Shown: positions 17,764 to 26,488 of the stretch, in pieces
Layout: each line of letters begins with the position of its first letter
How positions within the stretch are numbered: position 1 is the stretch's first letter
From: Candidatus Hodarchaeaceae archaeon
GTDB taxonomy: Archaea > Hadarchaeota > Hadarchaeia > Hadarchaeales > Hadarchaeaceae
Length of the DNA: 45,182 nucleotides
Direction: 5' to 3'
Assembly (NCBI GenBank): GCA_030016755.1
Contig: JASEJC010000002.1
Span: 1 to 45,182, forward strand
Translations under genes and position numbers: made by a program
Notes under the pieces: generated by a model
Told to the model about the DNA's origin: nothing
The model's input: the letters and a program-made list of their open reading frames with translations, nothing else
The model's database searches: none

Positions 17764-19248
17764 CTATCCCTTGGCGACACCCATTGGTACCAATCTTGCT
17801 ACCTTTCTGGCGATTCCCGCTTTGTGAGATATTTCGCAGACCTTGTCAACGCTTTTATAGGCCTGCGGACTTTCCTCTGATATCACCGATAGCTTGGCCG
17901 CCCGCACTATAATGCCTCTCGACTCCAGCTCTCTTTTGACAACATCGCCTCGAAAACGATTGAGCGCCGCGGTGCGGCTTAGGTGGCGTCCCGCCCCGTG
18001 GGCTGTCGAGGCAAAGGTCTCCTGCATCGCCTGCTCGGTTCCCACGAGCACGTAGGAGGCGGTGCCCATGTCGCCCGGGATGAGCACGGGCTGGCCAACG
18101 CTACGATAGATTGGCGGGATATCTGGGTTCCCAGGTCCAAACGCCCGTGTGGCCCCCTTCCGGTGTACCACGACTTTCCGGTCCTCGCCATCGATGCGGT
18201 GTGTTTCAAGTTTTGCGATGTTGTGTGCGACATCATATATAATGTGGAGGTTCAAGCTCTCAGCATCGCGTCCGAAAACTTGTTCGAAGCTCTGCCTGAC
18301 CCAGTGTACGATCATCTGCCGGTTCGCCCAAGCGTAATTGGCCGCGCACGCCATCGCTGAAAAGTAGGCCTGCCCCTCCGGTGACGTGAATGGAACGTTC
18401 ACCAACTCTCGATCTGGCAACATGATTTTGTATTGGTGAACAGCTCGCTCCATCGTACGAAGGTAGTCGGAGCAGACTTGGTGGCCCAGCCCTCTGGAAC
18501 CTGTATGAATCATCACGGTGACCTGCCCTTCGTAGTCAATGCCGAATTTGCGCGCGACCTCGGGCTCGTAAATTTTGTCTACAACTTGAACCTCGAGGAA
18601 GTGATTTCCGGACCCTAGGCTGCCAAGCTGTGGGAAGCCACGGTGCTTCGCCTCCGCGCTCACTTTTTTAGCGTCCGCGCCCGCCATGCAGCCCCCCTCC
18701 TCGAGCCTGTCCAAGTCCTCGCGCCAACCGAAGCCGTTCTCGACAGCCCACCGCGCGCCATGCTCGAGCACATCGTCAAGCTGGGCGGGTGTTAGCTTAA
18801 CGTGGCCCGTGCTGCCCAAGCCGGATGGCACGTTCCTGAACAACGCCTCGACTATCTCGCGCAGCTTGGGTTCGACGTCCTTTTTTTCCATATTTGTCTG
18901 CAACAGCCGCACGCCGCAGTTGATGTCGTACCCCACCCCCCCAGGGCTTATGACGCCGGTCTCAGCGTCGGTCGCTGCGACCCCGCCGATCGGGAACCCT
19001 TAGCCCGAACATGCTCAAGCATGTATCGTATAGCCCTGATGCCCGTCGGGGAGTGTTATCGCGTACTTGTAGATGCCCTGGAGGAAAGCCACATTTGCGG
19101 TCTGCTCGAGGGTCAGGTCCCTGCGCATCTCGTTCAGCATCTCAGCGTCAGCATAAACCCTCGCAGGCACGCGCATACCACGCTTATAATCTTGTGGGAT
19201 TTCCCATCGCAGCTCGTCAATTTGCTTTATCTTGCCAGTCCACGGCAT
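17764..19248 (-). CDS. rtcB: RNA-splicing ligase RtcB, interrupted. Proposed join of exon 1 (19248..19030) and exon 2 (18999..17764) gives 484 aa.
   Basis: ORF 19015..19248 ends ...[16 protein letters not shown] then TIHA*. In the same frame, after ACSG*, the sequence continues [33 protein letters not shown] into ORF 17764..18936. That ORF carries [29 protein letters not shown] and GVAKG. Removing 19000..19029 restores the canonical PDGHQGYGFPIGG motif and a typical RtcB length. Confidence 0.85.
19000..19029 (-). other. putative bulge-helix-bulge (relaxed HBh') mini-intron in the rtcB mRNA, 30 nt
   Basis: RNA: ACGAUACAUGCUUGAGCAUGUUCGGGCUAA. Both junctions read GGCU followed by a 3-nt bulge (GGCU-AU|A and GGCU-AA|G). 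The two GGCU copies can pair with each other (2 GC plus 2 GU pairs). The interior forms CGA/UCG plus ACAUGC/GCAUGU stems around a UUGA loop. Length is a multiple of 3 and it contains TGA and TAA in frame. Confidence 0.55.
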
Positions 19249-19309
19249 TTTTCCACCTGAATAAGGGAGGTGTTATACTACTAATTACCTTTTGGTTCAA
19301 AAAGCACAC

Positions 19310-19735
19310 CTAAATATCAACAACCGCTTGCACCGAGCAACGGTCTTTCTCGTGCTTGATTTCCATCATATGATAGGTCATCGCTTTGACTGCAGTTCGT
19401 TCCGGGTGCCTAGCGGGGTCGAACGGTTCTCCCTTAACTTGGGCCTTGAGCTTTAGGCCGCCCTTGGTTTTAGATATCGCCACGTCGAACTTTGACATCA
19501 CCAAGTTCCGAGCGTCGTGAAGATAAAGCAGCCGGTCGAGCCAATCATAGAGCAGCGCCCCCTCGTCCTCGGCCTCCAGCTCGACCTCGACCTCCTCACG
19601 CGGCTCGACCTTGTTTGTATCGACCATCACCTCGAACAACGCGAGCGCGGCGTTCTCGAAGGCCTCAGCTAAGTCACGGCCGTAGGCCTTAAAGCCGATG
19701 TCCGATGGGTGCTCGACCCACTCGAAGCGCTTCAT
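19310..19735 (-). CDS. archease (RtcB activator)
   Basis: MKRFEWVEHPSDIGFKAYGRDLAEAFENAALALFEVMVD...VKAMTYHMMEI...AVVDI. Start trimmed to the ATG at 19733-19735 by comparison with known archease N-termini. Confidence 0.85.
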   Translation of the reverse strand: MKRFEWVEHPSDIGFKAYGRDLAEAFENAALALFEVMVDTNKVEPREEVEVELEAEDEGALLYDWLDRLLYLHDARNLVMSKFDVAISKTKGGLKLKAQVKGEPFDPARHPERTAVKAMTYHMMEIKHEKDRCSVQAVVDI

Positions 19736-19790
19736 TTTATCACTGGTGTTAAATCTGGTTGACACTTGTTAAGAGTTTCTAACGCTCGTC

Positions 19791-19798
19791 CATATAAC
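19791..19798 (-). promoter_or_regulatory. putative TATA box for the archease-rtcB transcription unit
   Basis: The minus strand reads GTTATATG, about 55-60 nt upstream of the archease ATG and directly downstream of tRNA-Ser(UGA). Confidence 0.3.
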
Positions 19799-19817
19799 AT
19801 GCCAATTTTTAGTGATT

Positions 19818-19905
19818 TGGCGCCGGGGAAGGGATTCGAACCCTTGAGGCCCAAAGGGCCACACGCTCTCAAGGCGTGCGCCTTACCTGGCTTGGCTACC
19901 CCGGC
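19818..19905 (-). tRNA. tRNA-Ser(UGA), 88 nt, CCA encoded
   Basis: Reverse complement is GCCGGGGTAGCCAAGCCAGGTAAGGCGCACGCCTTGAGAGCGTGTGGCCCTTTGGGCCTCAAGGGTTCGAATCCCTTCCCCGGCGCCA. Anticodon loop is CTTGAGA, with a long variable arm and discriminator G. Confidence 0.9.
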
Positions 19906-19927
19906 ATCAAATAATCCTCGCTCCAAA

Positions 19928-19935
19928 GTTATATG
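19928..19935 (-). promoter_or_regulatory. putative TATA box for tRNA-Ser(UGA)
   Basis: The minus strand reads CATATAAC, centred about 26 nt upstream of the mature 5' end. Confidence 0.35.
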
Positions 19936-20011
19936 CCCTTTCCGCTCTTGGCGCGACTTTTCCTTACCACAAGGTTTTTGTCTGCCGAAGAAACACGTTT
20001 CTGGGATCAAC

Positions 20012-20590
20012 GTGGTGGTCCTTTCCGGAGACCAGATCCGCGAATACCTGAAGATGGGCAAGATTGTAATTGAACCGTTTGACGAAAAGCTTGTGGGGCC
20101 CAGCCAAGTCGACCTCTGTCTAGGGAGCAAGTTCAGAGTCTTCAAGGAGAGCGGGGTTGTCGATCCCTTTGATCAAAAATCAATCGAACGGAACACCGAA
20201 CTCGTCGACACCAAGGGAAAACCATTCGTCCTACAACCCAAGCAGCTCGTGCTGGGGGTGACGCGTGAGCGAGTCGCGGTACCTAACGACCTAGTTGCCT
20301 CTATCGAGGGCAGGTCATCGGTTGCCCGGATGGGTGTCTTCATTCACATCTCCTCGGGTCATGTAAATCCTGGCTCGGGGGTGAAAGGAGCATTCCCGGT
20401 GACGCTGGAAATCCTGAACATGAACCCGTCCCCAGTCAAGCTCTACCCAGGGATGAGGATATGTCAGCTCCTATTTTACACGATGGACCGAGCCGTGCGC
20501 AAGGGCTACGACGAACTCCAGGGGAAGTACGCGGGGAAGGTCGAGCCCTCAGAGAGCATGGCGTTCAAGGATAATAGGGGTACGCCTTAG
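20012..20590 (+). CDS. dcd: dCTP deaminase
   Basis: LSGDQIREYLKMGKIVIEPFDEKLVGPSQVDLCLG, EGRSSVARMGVFIH and ICQLLF motifs. Start trimmed to the GTG at 20012 because the track ORF's 5' extension runs through the tRNA-Ser gene. Confidence 0.85.
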   Translation: MVVLSGDQIREYLKMGKIVIEPFDEKLVGPSQVDLCLGSKFRVFKESGVVDPFDQKSIERNTELVDTKGKPFVLQPKQLVLGVTRERVAVPNDLVASIEGRSSVARMGVFIHISSGHVNPGSGVKGAFPVTLEILNMNPSPVKLYPGMRICQLLFYTMDRAVRKGYDELQGKYAGKVEPSESMAFKDNRGTP

Positions 20591-20602
20591 TTTGGTGCGG
20601 TC

Positions 20603-21133
20603 ATGTACGCGCGGTTGCCGAAAGAGCGGATAGGAGTCGCGGTCGGCCCTGAAGGCCAGACAAAGCAGGAGATCGAGCGACGCACTGGCACAAAGCTCAC
20701 CATCGATAGCGAGACCGGAGAAGTACGGATTGAGTCCACGACCGAAAACCCGCTCGGGGTGCTGAAAGCGAGAGATGTCATCAACGCCATTGCGCGGGGG
20801 TTCAGTTCGGAGCGGGCCCTTCGCCTGCTCAAGGACGATCAGCTATTCGAAATAATCGATATAAGAGACTTCGCTGGTGACTCGGACCGTGCGCTAGTAA
20901 GGCTCAAGGGGCGGGTGATAGGTGAGCAAGGAAAAACTCGGCAAATCCTCGAGCAGACAACCGGTACCCACATATCGGTCTACGGAAAAACTATTGCGTT
21001 AATTGGGACGGCCGAACAACTCGCAGTTGTGCGCGAGGCCCTCAATATGTTGTTGGTCGGCGCCAAACACTCCACCGTCTATCGATTTTTGGAACGAAAG
21101 CGGGGTAAAAGCAGAGCGACCCTAATTCGGTGA
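20603..21133 (+). CDS. KH-domain RNA-binding protein (archaeal Dim2/Pno1-like)
   Basis: Two KH-like modules: RIGVAVGPEGQTKQEIERRTGTKLTID and LKGRVIGEQGKTRQILEQTTGTHISVYG. Confidence 0.7.
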   Translation: MYARLPKERIGVAVGPEGQTKQEIERRTGTKLTIDSETGEVRIESTTENPLGVLKARDVINAIARGFSSERALRLLKDDQLFEIIDIRDFAGDSDRALVRLKGRVIGEQGKTRQILEQTTGTHISVYGKTIALIGTAEQLAVVREALNMLLVGAKHSTVYRFLERKRGKSRATLIR

Positions 21134-21200
21134 ATCAAAAATGGACTAAAACACATCTCATATTAGGTGAAAATCAATAAATCTGGTCGAAAGCAGGCAT

Positions 21201-21212
21201 ATTTAATTAAAA
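21201..21212 (+). promoter_or_regulatory. putative TATA box within the AT-rich top6B upstream region
   Basis: ATTTAATTAAAA lies in a 130-nt AT-rich intergenic stretch. AAGGTGAT follows at 21253-21260, before the start codon. Confidence 0.3.
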
Positions 21213-21273
21213 TGGCTAAAAAAAGCTTATAAGACAAGAAAATAAAGAATATAAGGTGATATAATTGAAAACC

Positions 21274-22848
21274 ATGGCAGAAGAACTTTTTAAAGAGTTC
21301 AGAGAGCATAGTGTCAGCGAATTTTTCCGAAAAAACGCTGCAATGCTAGGTTATACGGGTAAAATTCGCTCGCTCACCACAATCGTCCACGAGGGGGTGA
21401 CAAACGCCATCGACGCAGCGGAGGAAGCGGGGGTCCTGCCCAAAGTTAATGTAATAATTAAGCGGGTGAACGAGGAACCCGAGCATTTCAAGATAGTAAT
21501 TGAGGATAACGCTGCGGGCATCCCGAAGGAGTATATCCCAAACGTTTTCGGAAAGATGCTCGCCGGCACAAAGTTACACCGCTACATGCAGAGCCGGGGC
21601 CAGCAGGGGATCGGAATCTCAGGCAGCGTGATGTATGGTCAGATAACATCTGGAAAACCAACCACCGTAGTCACCTCAACGGGAAACGGCGAGATCGTGC
21701 GTGCCGATGTCATGATAGATGTGGATCGGAACGAGGGCAAGATCCTCAACGAGGAGAAGTTCAAGGGCAAATGGCAAGGCACCCGTGTGGAAATCGATGC
21801 CAAAGATGTCTCATACATGCGCTCCCGATATGGTCCCTTTAACTACCTCCGCATGACCGCAATCGCAAACCCCCACACCCACATTACCTTTGTCGAACCC
21901 GACGGCACGCTCACCGTGTTCGAGAGGGGCACCGACAAGGTGCCCGAGCGCCCCAAGCCTATGCCGCTCCACCCTTGGGGCATCATGTCGGATGATCTGC
22001 TGGTCTTGGCTAAACATACGAAGGGCCGAACTGTTGCCAGCTTTCTCTCCGCTGAGCTGTCTCGGGTCAGCAAGCGGAAAGCGGAGGAGGTATGCAGGCT
22101 CGCCGGCATCTCCCCTAACAAGAAGCCCTCCGAGCTAACGTGGGAAGAAGCAGAGCGCATAGTTTCGGCTTTCAAGCAGGTCAAGCTATACGCCCCGCCG
22201 ACATCTGGGCTGCGGCCGATAGGTGCGGTTGATATAGAGAACGGGATGCGGAAGATTTTGAACCCTGAGTTCACTTACTCGATCACTCGCCCCCCAAAAG
22301 TCTACCGCGGCGGTTTGCCCTTCATCGTTGAGGTGGGCATCGCCTACGGTGGAAACGCTGGCAAGGTGGCTGAGGGGAAGGGCGAAGGCGAGGAAGGTGA
22401 AAACGAGGTTGGGATGGAACTAGTCCGATTTGCTAACCGTGCGCCCCTCATCTTCGACCAAGGCGGCTGCGCGATAACCGCCGCCATACGGAGCATCGAA
22501 TGGCGCCGCTACGGGGTCGACCCCGCAACGGCTCCCATAACCCTTTTTGTAAATGTCGTCTCGGCCTATGTCCCCTACACATCGGCGGGCAAACAGTCGA
22601 TAGCCGACGAACCCGAGGTCCTCAACGAGATAAGGGCCGCTGTCATGGAGGCTGCTCGCGAGCTCCGGAGGTTCCTCTACCGGAGGATAAGGCTCAAGGA
22701 GCGGCAGGAGCGGGCGGGGATATTCGAGCAGTACTTGCCGATTATCGCCAAAAAGGCCGCGGTGCTAGCTGGGGTGAAGGAACCTGATATTAAGCTCCTG
22801 TTGAAAAAGGTGACTGGTGTCGAACATGCCAAAGAGGGAGAAAACTAG
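21274..22848 (+). CDS. top6B: DNA topoisomerase VI subunit B
   Basis: [15 protein letters not shown], the Bergerat ATPase fold motifs [20 protein letters not shown] and GQQGIGISG, and [10 protein letters not shown]. Start at the ATG at 21274, with an alternative TTG at 21265. Confidence 0.9.
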   Translation: MAEELFKEFREHSVSEFFRKNAAMLGYTGKIRSLTTIVHEGVTNAIDAAEEAGVLPKVNVIIKRVNEEPEHFKIVIEDNAAGIPKEYIPNVFGKMLAGTKLHRYMQSRGQQGIGISGSVMYGQITSGKPTTVVTSTGNGEIVRADVMIDVDRNEGKILNEEKFKGKWQGTRVEIDAKDVSYMRSRYGPFNYLRMTAIANPHTHITFVEPDGTLTVFERGTDKVPERPKPMPLHPWGIMSDDLLVLAKHTKGRTVASFLSAELSRVSKRKAEEVCRLAGISPNKKPSELTWEEAERIVSAFKQVKLYAPPTSGLRPIGAVDIENGMRKILNPEFTYSITRPPKVYRGGLPFIVEVGIAYGGNAGKVAEGKGEGEEGENEVGMELVRFANRAPLIFDQGGCAITAAIRSIEWRRYGVDPATAPITLFVNVVSAYVPYTSAGKQSIADEPEVLNEIRAAVMEAARELRRFLYRRIRLKERQERAGIFEQYLPIIAKKAAVLAGVKEPDIKLLLKKVTGVEHAKEGEN

Positions 22849-23920
22849 GATAAAGCCAGAACGGGAGCACAGGCAGATAGCCTCTGCGAAGCTTACCGAG
22901 ATGGGCCGGGAAGTGGTGAAGGATATCCAAGAGGTCCGCCCGCCCAAACTGAGGATTCCATCACGAAGCACCTCCAACATCATCTACGACGAGGCAAATC
23001 GGTATTTCGTGCTCGGACCGCGGTATGGGGTACGATCTGCGGCGAGCATAAAACAGGTGAAGAAGTTCGCCCAGTTTTTGTGCACGGCTGACTTTGCGAA
23101 GAAGCTCATCGAAAGTGGGAAATTCGCGACGCTCAGGGAGATGTATTACACCGCCGAGGGTTGGGATGCTGGACCATTTTCCGACCAAGGGGAATCCGAC
23201 ATGATCATAGAGGACCTAGAGGCGACCTTTGGGCTCAAGCGCGAAAACCTAGGCCTGACTCCTGAGGAGGACGGGGCCGCGGTTTTCGGAAAGCTCATGG
23301 TCAACGAGGACGGTGTGGTGATAGATGCAACAAAAGCCGGACGCGCAGGCTACACAATCCCGCCGACCATCGATGACGTAGAATTCCTCAAGTGCAAAGC
23401 AAAACGAGTTATCGCGATAGAAACGATGGGTATGTACCATCGTTTCGTTCAGGAGCAGGCCTGGAAGAAATTTGATGCGCTTATCGTGGGTCTAAAAGGA
23501 CAGGCTGCCAGAGCGACTCGACGCTTTTTGAAGCGAGCGCATGACGAGCTTGGACTCCCTATCTACCTGTTCACAGACGGCGACCCCTTCGGCTTTCACA
23601 TCGCGATGGTGGTTATATCAGGGAGCGCAAAACTCGCATACATCAACCACGAGCTAGCGGTACCAGATGCACAATTTTTGGGCGTCACGGCGAGCGATAT
23701 AGTAGATTACAAACTGCCGACCGACAAACTGCGCGAACTCGATGTCGCGCGCCTCAAGCAGTTGATGAAGGATCCCCGCTACAACACCGAGTTTTGGCAG
23801 TCTGAGATTAAGAAGATGCTCGAGCTGGGGAAGAAGGCGGAGCAGCAGGCTTTTTCTAAATATGGCTTGAGCTACGTGGTCAAGGAGTATCTACCCGCGA
23901 AGTTAGGACTGAAAAGCTAG
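22817..23920 (+). CDS. top6A: DNA topoisomerase VI subunit A (Spo11 family)
   Basis: [10 protein letters not shown] contains the catalytic Tyr region. The Toprim region is [12 protein letters not shown]...[12 protein letters not shown]. It overlaps the top6B 3' end. Confidence 0.9.
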   Translation: MSNMPKREKTRIKPEREHRQIASAKLTEMGREVVKDIQEVRPPKLRIPSRSTSNIIYDEANRYFVLGPRYGVRSAASIKQVKKFAQFLCTADFAKKLIESGKFATLREMYYTAEGWDAGPFSDQGESDMIIEDLEATFGLKRENLGLTPEEDGAAVFGKLMVNEDGVVIDATKAGRAGYTIPPTIDDVEFLKCKAKRVIAIETMGMYHRFVQEQAWKKFDALIVGLKGQAARATRRFLKRAHDELGLPIYLFTDGDPFGFHIAMVVISGSAKLAYINHELAVPDAQFLGVTASDIVDYKLPTDKLRELDVARLKQLMKDPRYNTEFWQSEIKKMLELGKKAEQQAFSKYGLSYVVKEYLPAKLGLKS

Positions 23921-26391
23921 CGTTTGTATGCCCTTTTTATCTCCCGCAAAATTCGTTTCGCTGTTTCCTTTGGATTCGCAGAGTTGTAAATCGCGCTTCC
24001 GGCTATGCAGATGTCAGCACCTGCACCTGCGACATCCTTCGCGACGCCCTCCTTGATGCCACCTGCTACCGCGAGCGGGAAGCGCCCCGCGCGAGCCTTG
24101 GCCTCCGAGATGAGCTGCGTCTGCTCGTAGATACCCCGCCCCTTCAGCTGCTCGCTTATCCCGCGGTGCAGGCAGAACACCACCCGGGACTCGTGCCCCT
24201 TGAGGTCGCGGGTCAGGCCCTCAAGCATCTCGAGCGGGTCAGGGCAGTCGATTAAGTCTATGAGCACAGCCCGGTTCCATCGCGCGGCCTCGCTCACCGC
24301 CTCGAGTATCTTCGTCCGCCCACCGAGCGCCAATACCGCCGAGATGTCCGCTCCGGCTCTGAAGGCTATCCGCGCCTCGAGGTTCCCAACGTCCATAGTC
24401 TTCAAGTCTGCGACGAGCAGAGCCTTCGGGGCTACCTTCCGCAGGGCAGGTAAAAGTGAATCGACTCCATGCCGCTTGACCGAAGGTGTGCCCGCCTCGA
24501 TGATTTTAGCTCCACCGGTGTAGACCTTCTTTGCCATTGCCGCAATCGTTTGCACATCAGCGTCCATGTCGAGCGCCACCTGAAGCTGCGGGAACTCGAT
24601 TCGCTCGAGCGGGCTTGCGACTATCTCGACCCGCTTTACCCGCTTGGGCTTTCGAGATGGCGGCGGTGCCGTGGGAATCCCCTTCCTACTCCAACCTCTC
24701 TCCTTGTAATACTCGCGCAGCATGGGGTTTAGGTTTACGCCAAACTGTCGAGGGAGCGAGTCCTGCAAGGAGCTGAACCCCTCACGCACGTTGAACATCC
24801 TTTCCACCGTGTAGATCCTCGACCCGACCTCACGGAGGTGCTGACCCGTCCACTCCAGACCCGTCACCGCCGTCAACAGCCTCCCGATATCGTCGAGCTC
24901 GTAGTCGAGCGTGCCAAATAGGGCAAATCCGTGGAACTTGCATGCGATCAGCGAGTCATAGACTGCAAAGGCGTCCTGCATCCGCCGTACCAGTCCCGCC
25001 TTCCCCGCGCTGGCGCCTGGGTCGACAAATTCAGGATTGCTGAGAATTTCCGGGGCAATAGTGTAAGCTCGCAGGTGGCAGCCCCCGCGGTTCGATGTCG
25101 CGTAGGCAAGCGCAATCCCCTTCGCGCCCCGCGGGTCGTATGCCGGGAGTTCGAGACCCTTCACGTGGGCAGCAAGCGCTTTTCGGCTGGCCTTTCTCGC
25201 AACGGCGGCCAGCCCCTTTGAGAATTCAGACCTGCCACTCGCTATCTCTTGAACGAGCCGCTCCGCGTCCTTGAAATCCTTGACATCTCCGACAGCTCGA
25301 GCAAAGCCCAAGATGTTACCGACTGAGATGGTGTCGAGCCCGAATTCATCGCAGAGCTTAGAGAGCGGCAGGATCTCCCGTTCGTAATCATGGAACCCAG
25401 AGTTTGGCCCAAGCATCGCTATGCTTTCGTACTCGGGCCCTTTTCCCTCCCAATCTCCAACTTTTATCCACCGTCCGCAAGCGGTGGTGCAGGCGAAGCA
25501 TGCTGTCCTCCGGAGGAGGTAGCGCTCCTTGACGGTTTCACCTGAATAAACATCCACGTCCTCGAAGCTGAGCGGGCCACCAGAGAAATTGTCGCGGGGT
25601 AGCATTCCCGCCGCTGTGATGCGGTGCACGAGGAGCGCCGTGCCGAATCTGGCGAGGCTGCCGTCGGTTCCGGTGATGGGGTGAGTATCGATGGTTTGTC
25701 TAATTTTTTCGAGAATTTTCCTATATTCGGCTTCATGCGCGATCTTGATTTCTCCATCGCCGCGGACTACCACAGCCTTGAGCCGCTTAGACCCCATCAC
25801 TGCTCCGAGACCACACCGCCCCGCCACGCCCTCCCTTCCAGTACGAGCACCAGAGATTATGCATGCGATGTGAGCCAGATTTTCCCCGGCAGGACCTATC
25901 GTGGCGGCCCAGGAACCTTCGTGCTTCTCCACGAGCTCGCGTCGGGCATCGGAGGTGCTCATACCCCAGAGTGAACTCGCGTCCTTGATAGATACCCTGC
26001 CCCCGTCCAATAGCAGGTAAACTGGCTTGCTCGATCGCCCCTCGAAGATAATGCCGTCAAACCCGGCCCGCTTTAGGTAGGCGCCGAAGGAACCGCCCAT
26101 CTGGGAGTCCGCCACCGTGCCTGTCAGGGGTGACTTCGAGCACACCGCGGTCCTCCCAGCTCCCGGAAACGCGGTTGCGGTGAGGGGGCCCGTCATAAAG
26201 ATGAGCTTGTTCGCGGGGGTCAGGGGATCGATGCCGGGCTTGAGTTCGTCGTAGATGAGCTTGGCCGCGTAGCCCCGACCGCCTAGAAAGTTGTAAGCGA
26301 TTTTCTCGTTTATTTTTTCAACTGTAAACGAGCCTTTCGAGAGGTTCACGCGCAGGAGCTTGCACGTGTATCCGCCAAGCATGGACCCCAC
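23917..26391 (-). CDS. fusion protein: tungsten/molybdopterin aldehyde:ferredoxin oxidoreductase family (about 600 aa N-terminal) plus 3-hexulose-6-phosphate synthase (about 210 aa C-terminal)
   Basis: The N-terminal part has AOR motifs: GGRGYAAKL, the 4Fe-4S cysteines [10 protein letters not shown] plus DSLIACKF, and [10 protein letters not shown]. The C-terminal part has [34 protein letters not shown] and IAGSAIY, matching HPS of the OMP-decarboxylase suprafamily. It is one uninterrupted 824-aa ORF. Confidence 0.8.
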   Translation of the reverse strand: MGSMLGGYTCKLLRVNLSKGSFTVEKINEKIAYNFLGGRGYAAKLIYDELKPGIDPLTPANKLIFMTGPLTATAFPGAGRTAVCSKSPLTGTVADSQMGGSFGAYLKRAGFDGIIFEGRSSKPVYLLLDGGRVSIKDASSLWGMSTSDARRELVEKHEGSWAATIGPAGENLAHIACIISGARTGREGVAGRCGLGAVMGSKRLKAVVVRGDGEIKIAHEAEYRKILEKIRQTIDTHPITGTDGSLARFGTALLVHRITAAGMLPRDNFSGGPLSFEDVDVYSGETVKERYLLRRTACFACTTACGRWIKVGDWEGKGPEYESIAMLGPNSGFHDYEREILPLSKLCDEFGLDTISVGNILGFARAVGDVKDFKDAERLVQEIASGRSEFSKGLAAVARKASRKALAAHVKGLELPAYDPRGAKGIALAYATSNRGGCHLRAYTIAPEILSNPEFVDPGASAGKAGLVRRMQDAFAVYDSLIACKFHGFALFGTLDYELDDIGRLLTAVTGLEWTGQHLREVGSRIYTVERMFNVREGFSSLQDSLPRQFGVNLNPMLREYYKERGWSRKGIPTAPPPSRKPKRVKRVEIVASPLERIEFPQLQVALDMDADVQTIAAMAKKVYTGGAKIIEAGTPSVKRHGVDSLLPALRKVAPKALLVADLKTMDVGNLEARIAFRAGADISAVLALGGRTKILEAVSEAARWNRAVLIDLIDCPDPLEMLEGLTRDLKGHESRVVFCLHRGISEQLKGRGIYEQTQLISEAKARAGRFPLAVAGGIKEGVAKDVAGAGADICIAGSAIYNSANPKETAKRILREIKRAYKR

Positions 26392-26412
26392 AAGCTAACT
26401 AAACCTCGCGCC

Positions 26413-26420
26413 TATAAAAT
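26413..26420 (-). promoter_or_regulatory. putative TATA box for the AOR-HPS gene (implies a leaderless or near-leaderless mRNA)
   Basis: The minus strand reads ATTTTATA, centred about 25 nt upstream of the ATG at 26389-26391. No Shine-Dalgarno sequence lies between them. Confidence 0.4.
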
Positions 26421-26488
26421 CACTTCAGAGTTGATATTGTTCAATTAAGTTAAAATTGTCCACCCACACAGGTAAACTGTTGAGTAAC

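Noticed and set aside
18996-19036. GGGCTA direct repeat flanking the rtcB insert read as a target-site duplication of a tiny mobile element
   Set aside because: The repeat is equally explained by the two GGCU-plus-bulge strands of a BHB motif. The 24 nt between the repeats show only a simple hairpin, with no terminal inverted repeats typical of MITEs. This is kept as an alternative in the main finding.
17764-19248. rtcB interruption explained as an intein or as a simple pseudogene
   Set aside because: Inteins, which I recall in some archaeal RtcB genes, are hundreds of codons long and contain no stop codons, whereas this insert is 10 codons with two stops. Simple decay is not excluded. It is less attractive because both flanks are otherwise intact and in frame, the insert is an exact multiple of 3 placed precisely at a motif boundary, and it has BHB-like symmetry.
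18686-19313. Plus-strand ORFs (18686..19003, 18802..19260, 19011..19313) spanning the rtcB junction
   Set aside because: They are antisense shadow ORFs of rtcB with low-complexity Ser/Pro/Arg/Ala composition and no recognisable motifs.
19766-20011. 5' extension of the dcd ORF (274-aa version)
   Set aside because: The extension reads through the tRNA-Ser(UGA) gene on the opposite strand. Dcd homology begins only at VVLSGDQIREYL.
21134-21264. AT-rich 130-nt intergenic block considered as a replication origin
   Set aside because: It is too short, has no repeated ORB-like elements or inverted repeats, and no cdc6/orc1 gene is adjacent. It is best explained as the top6B promoter and leader.
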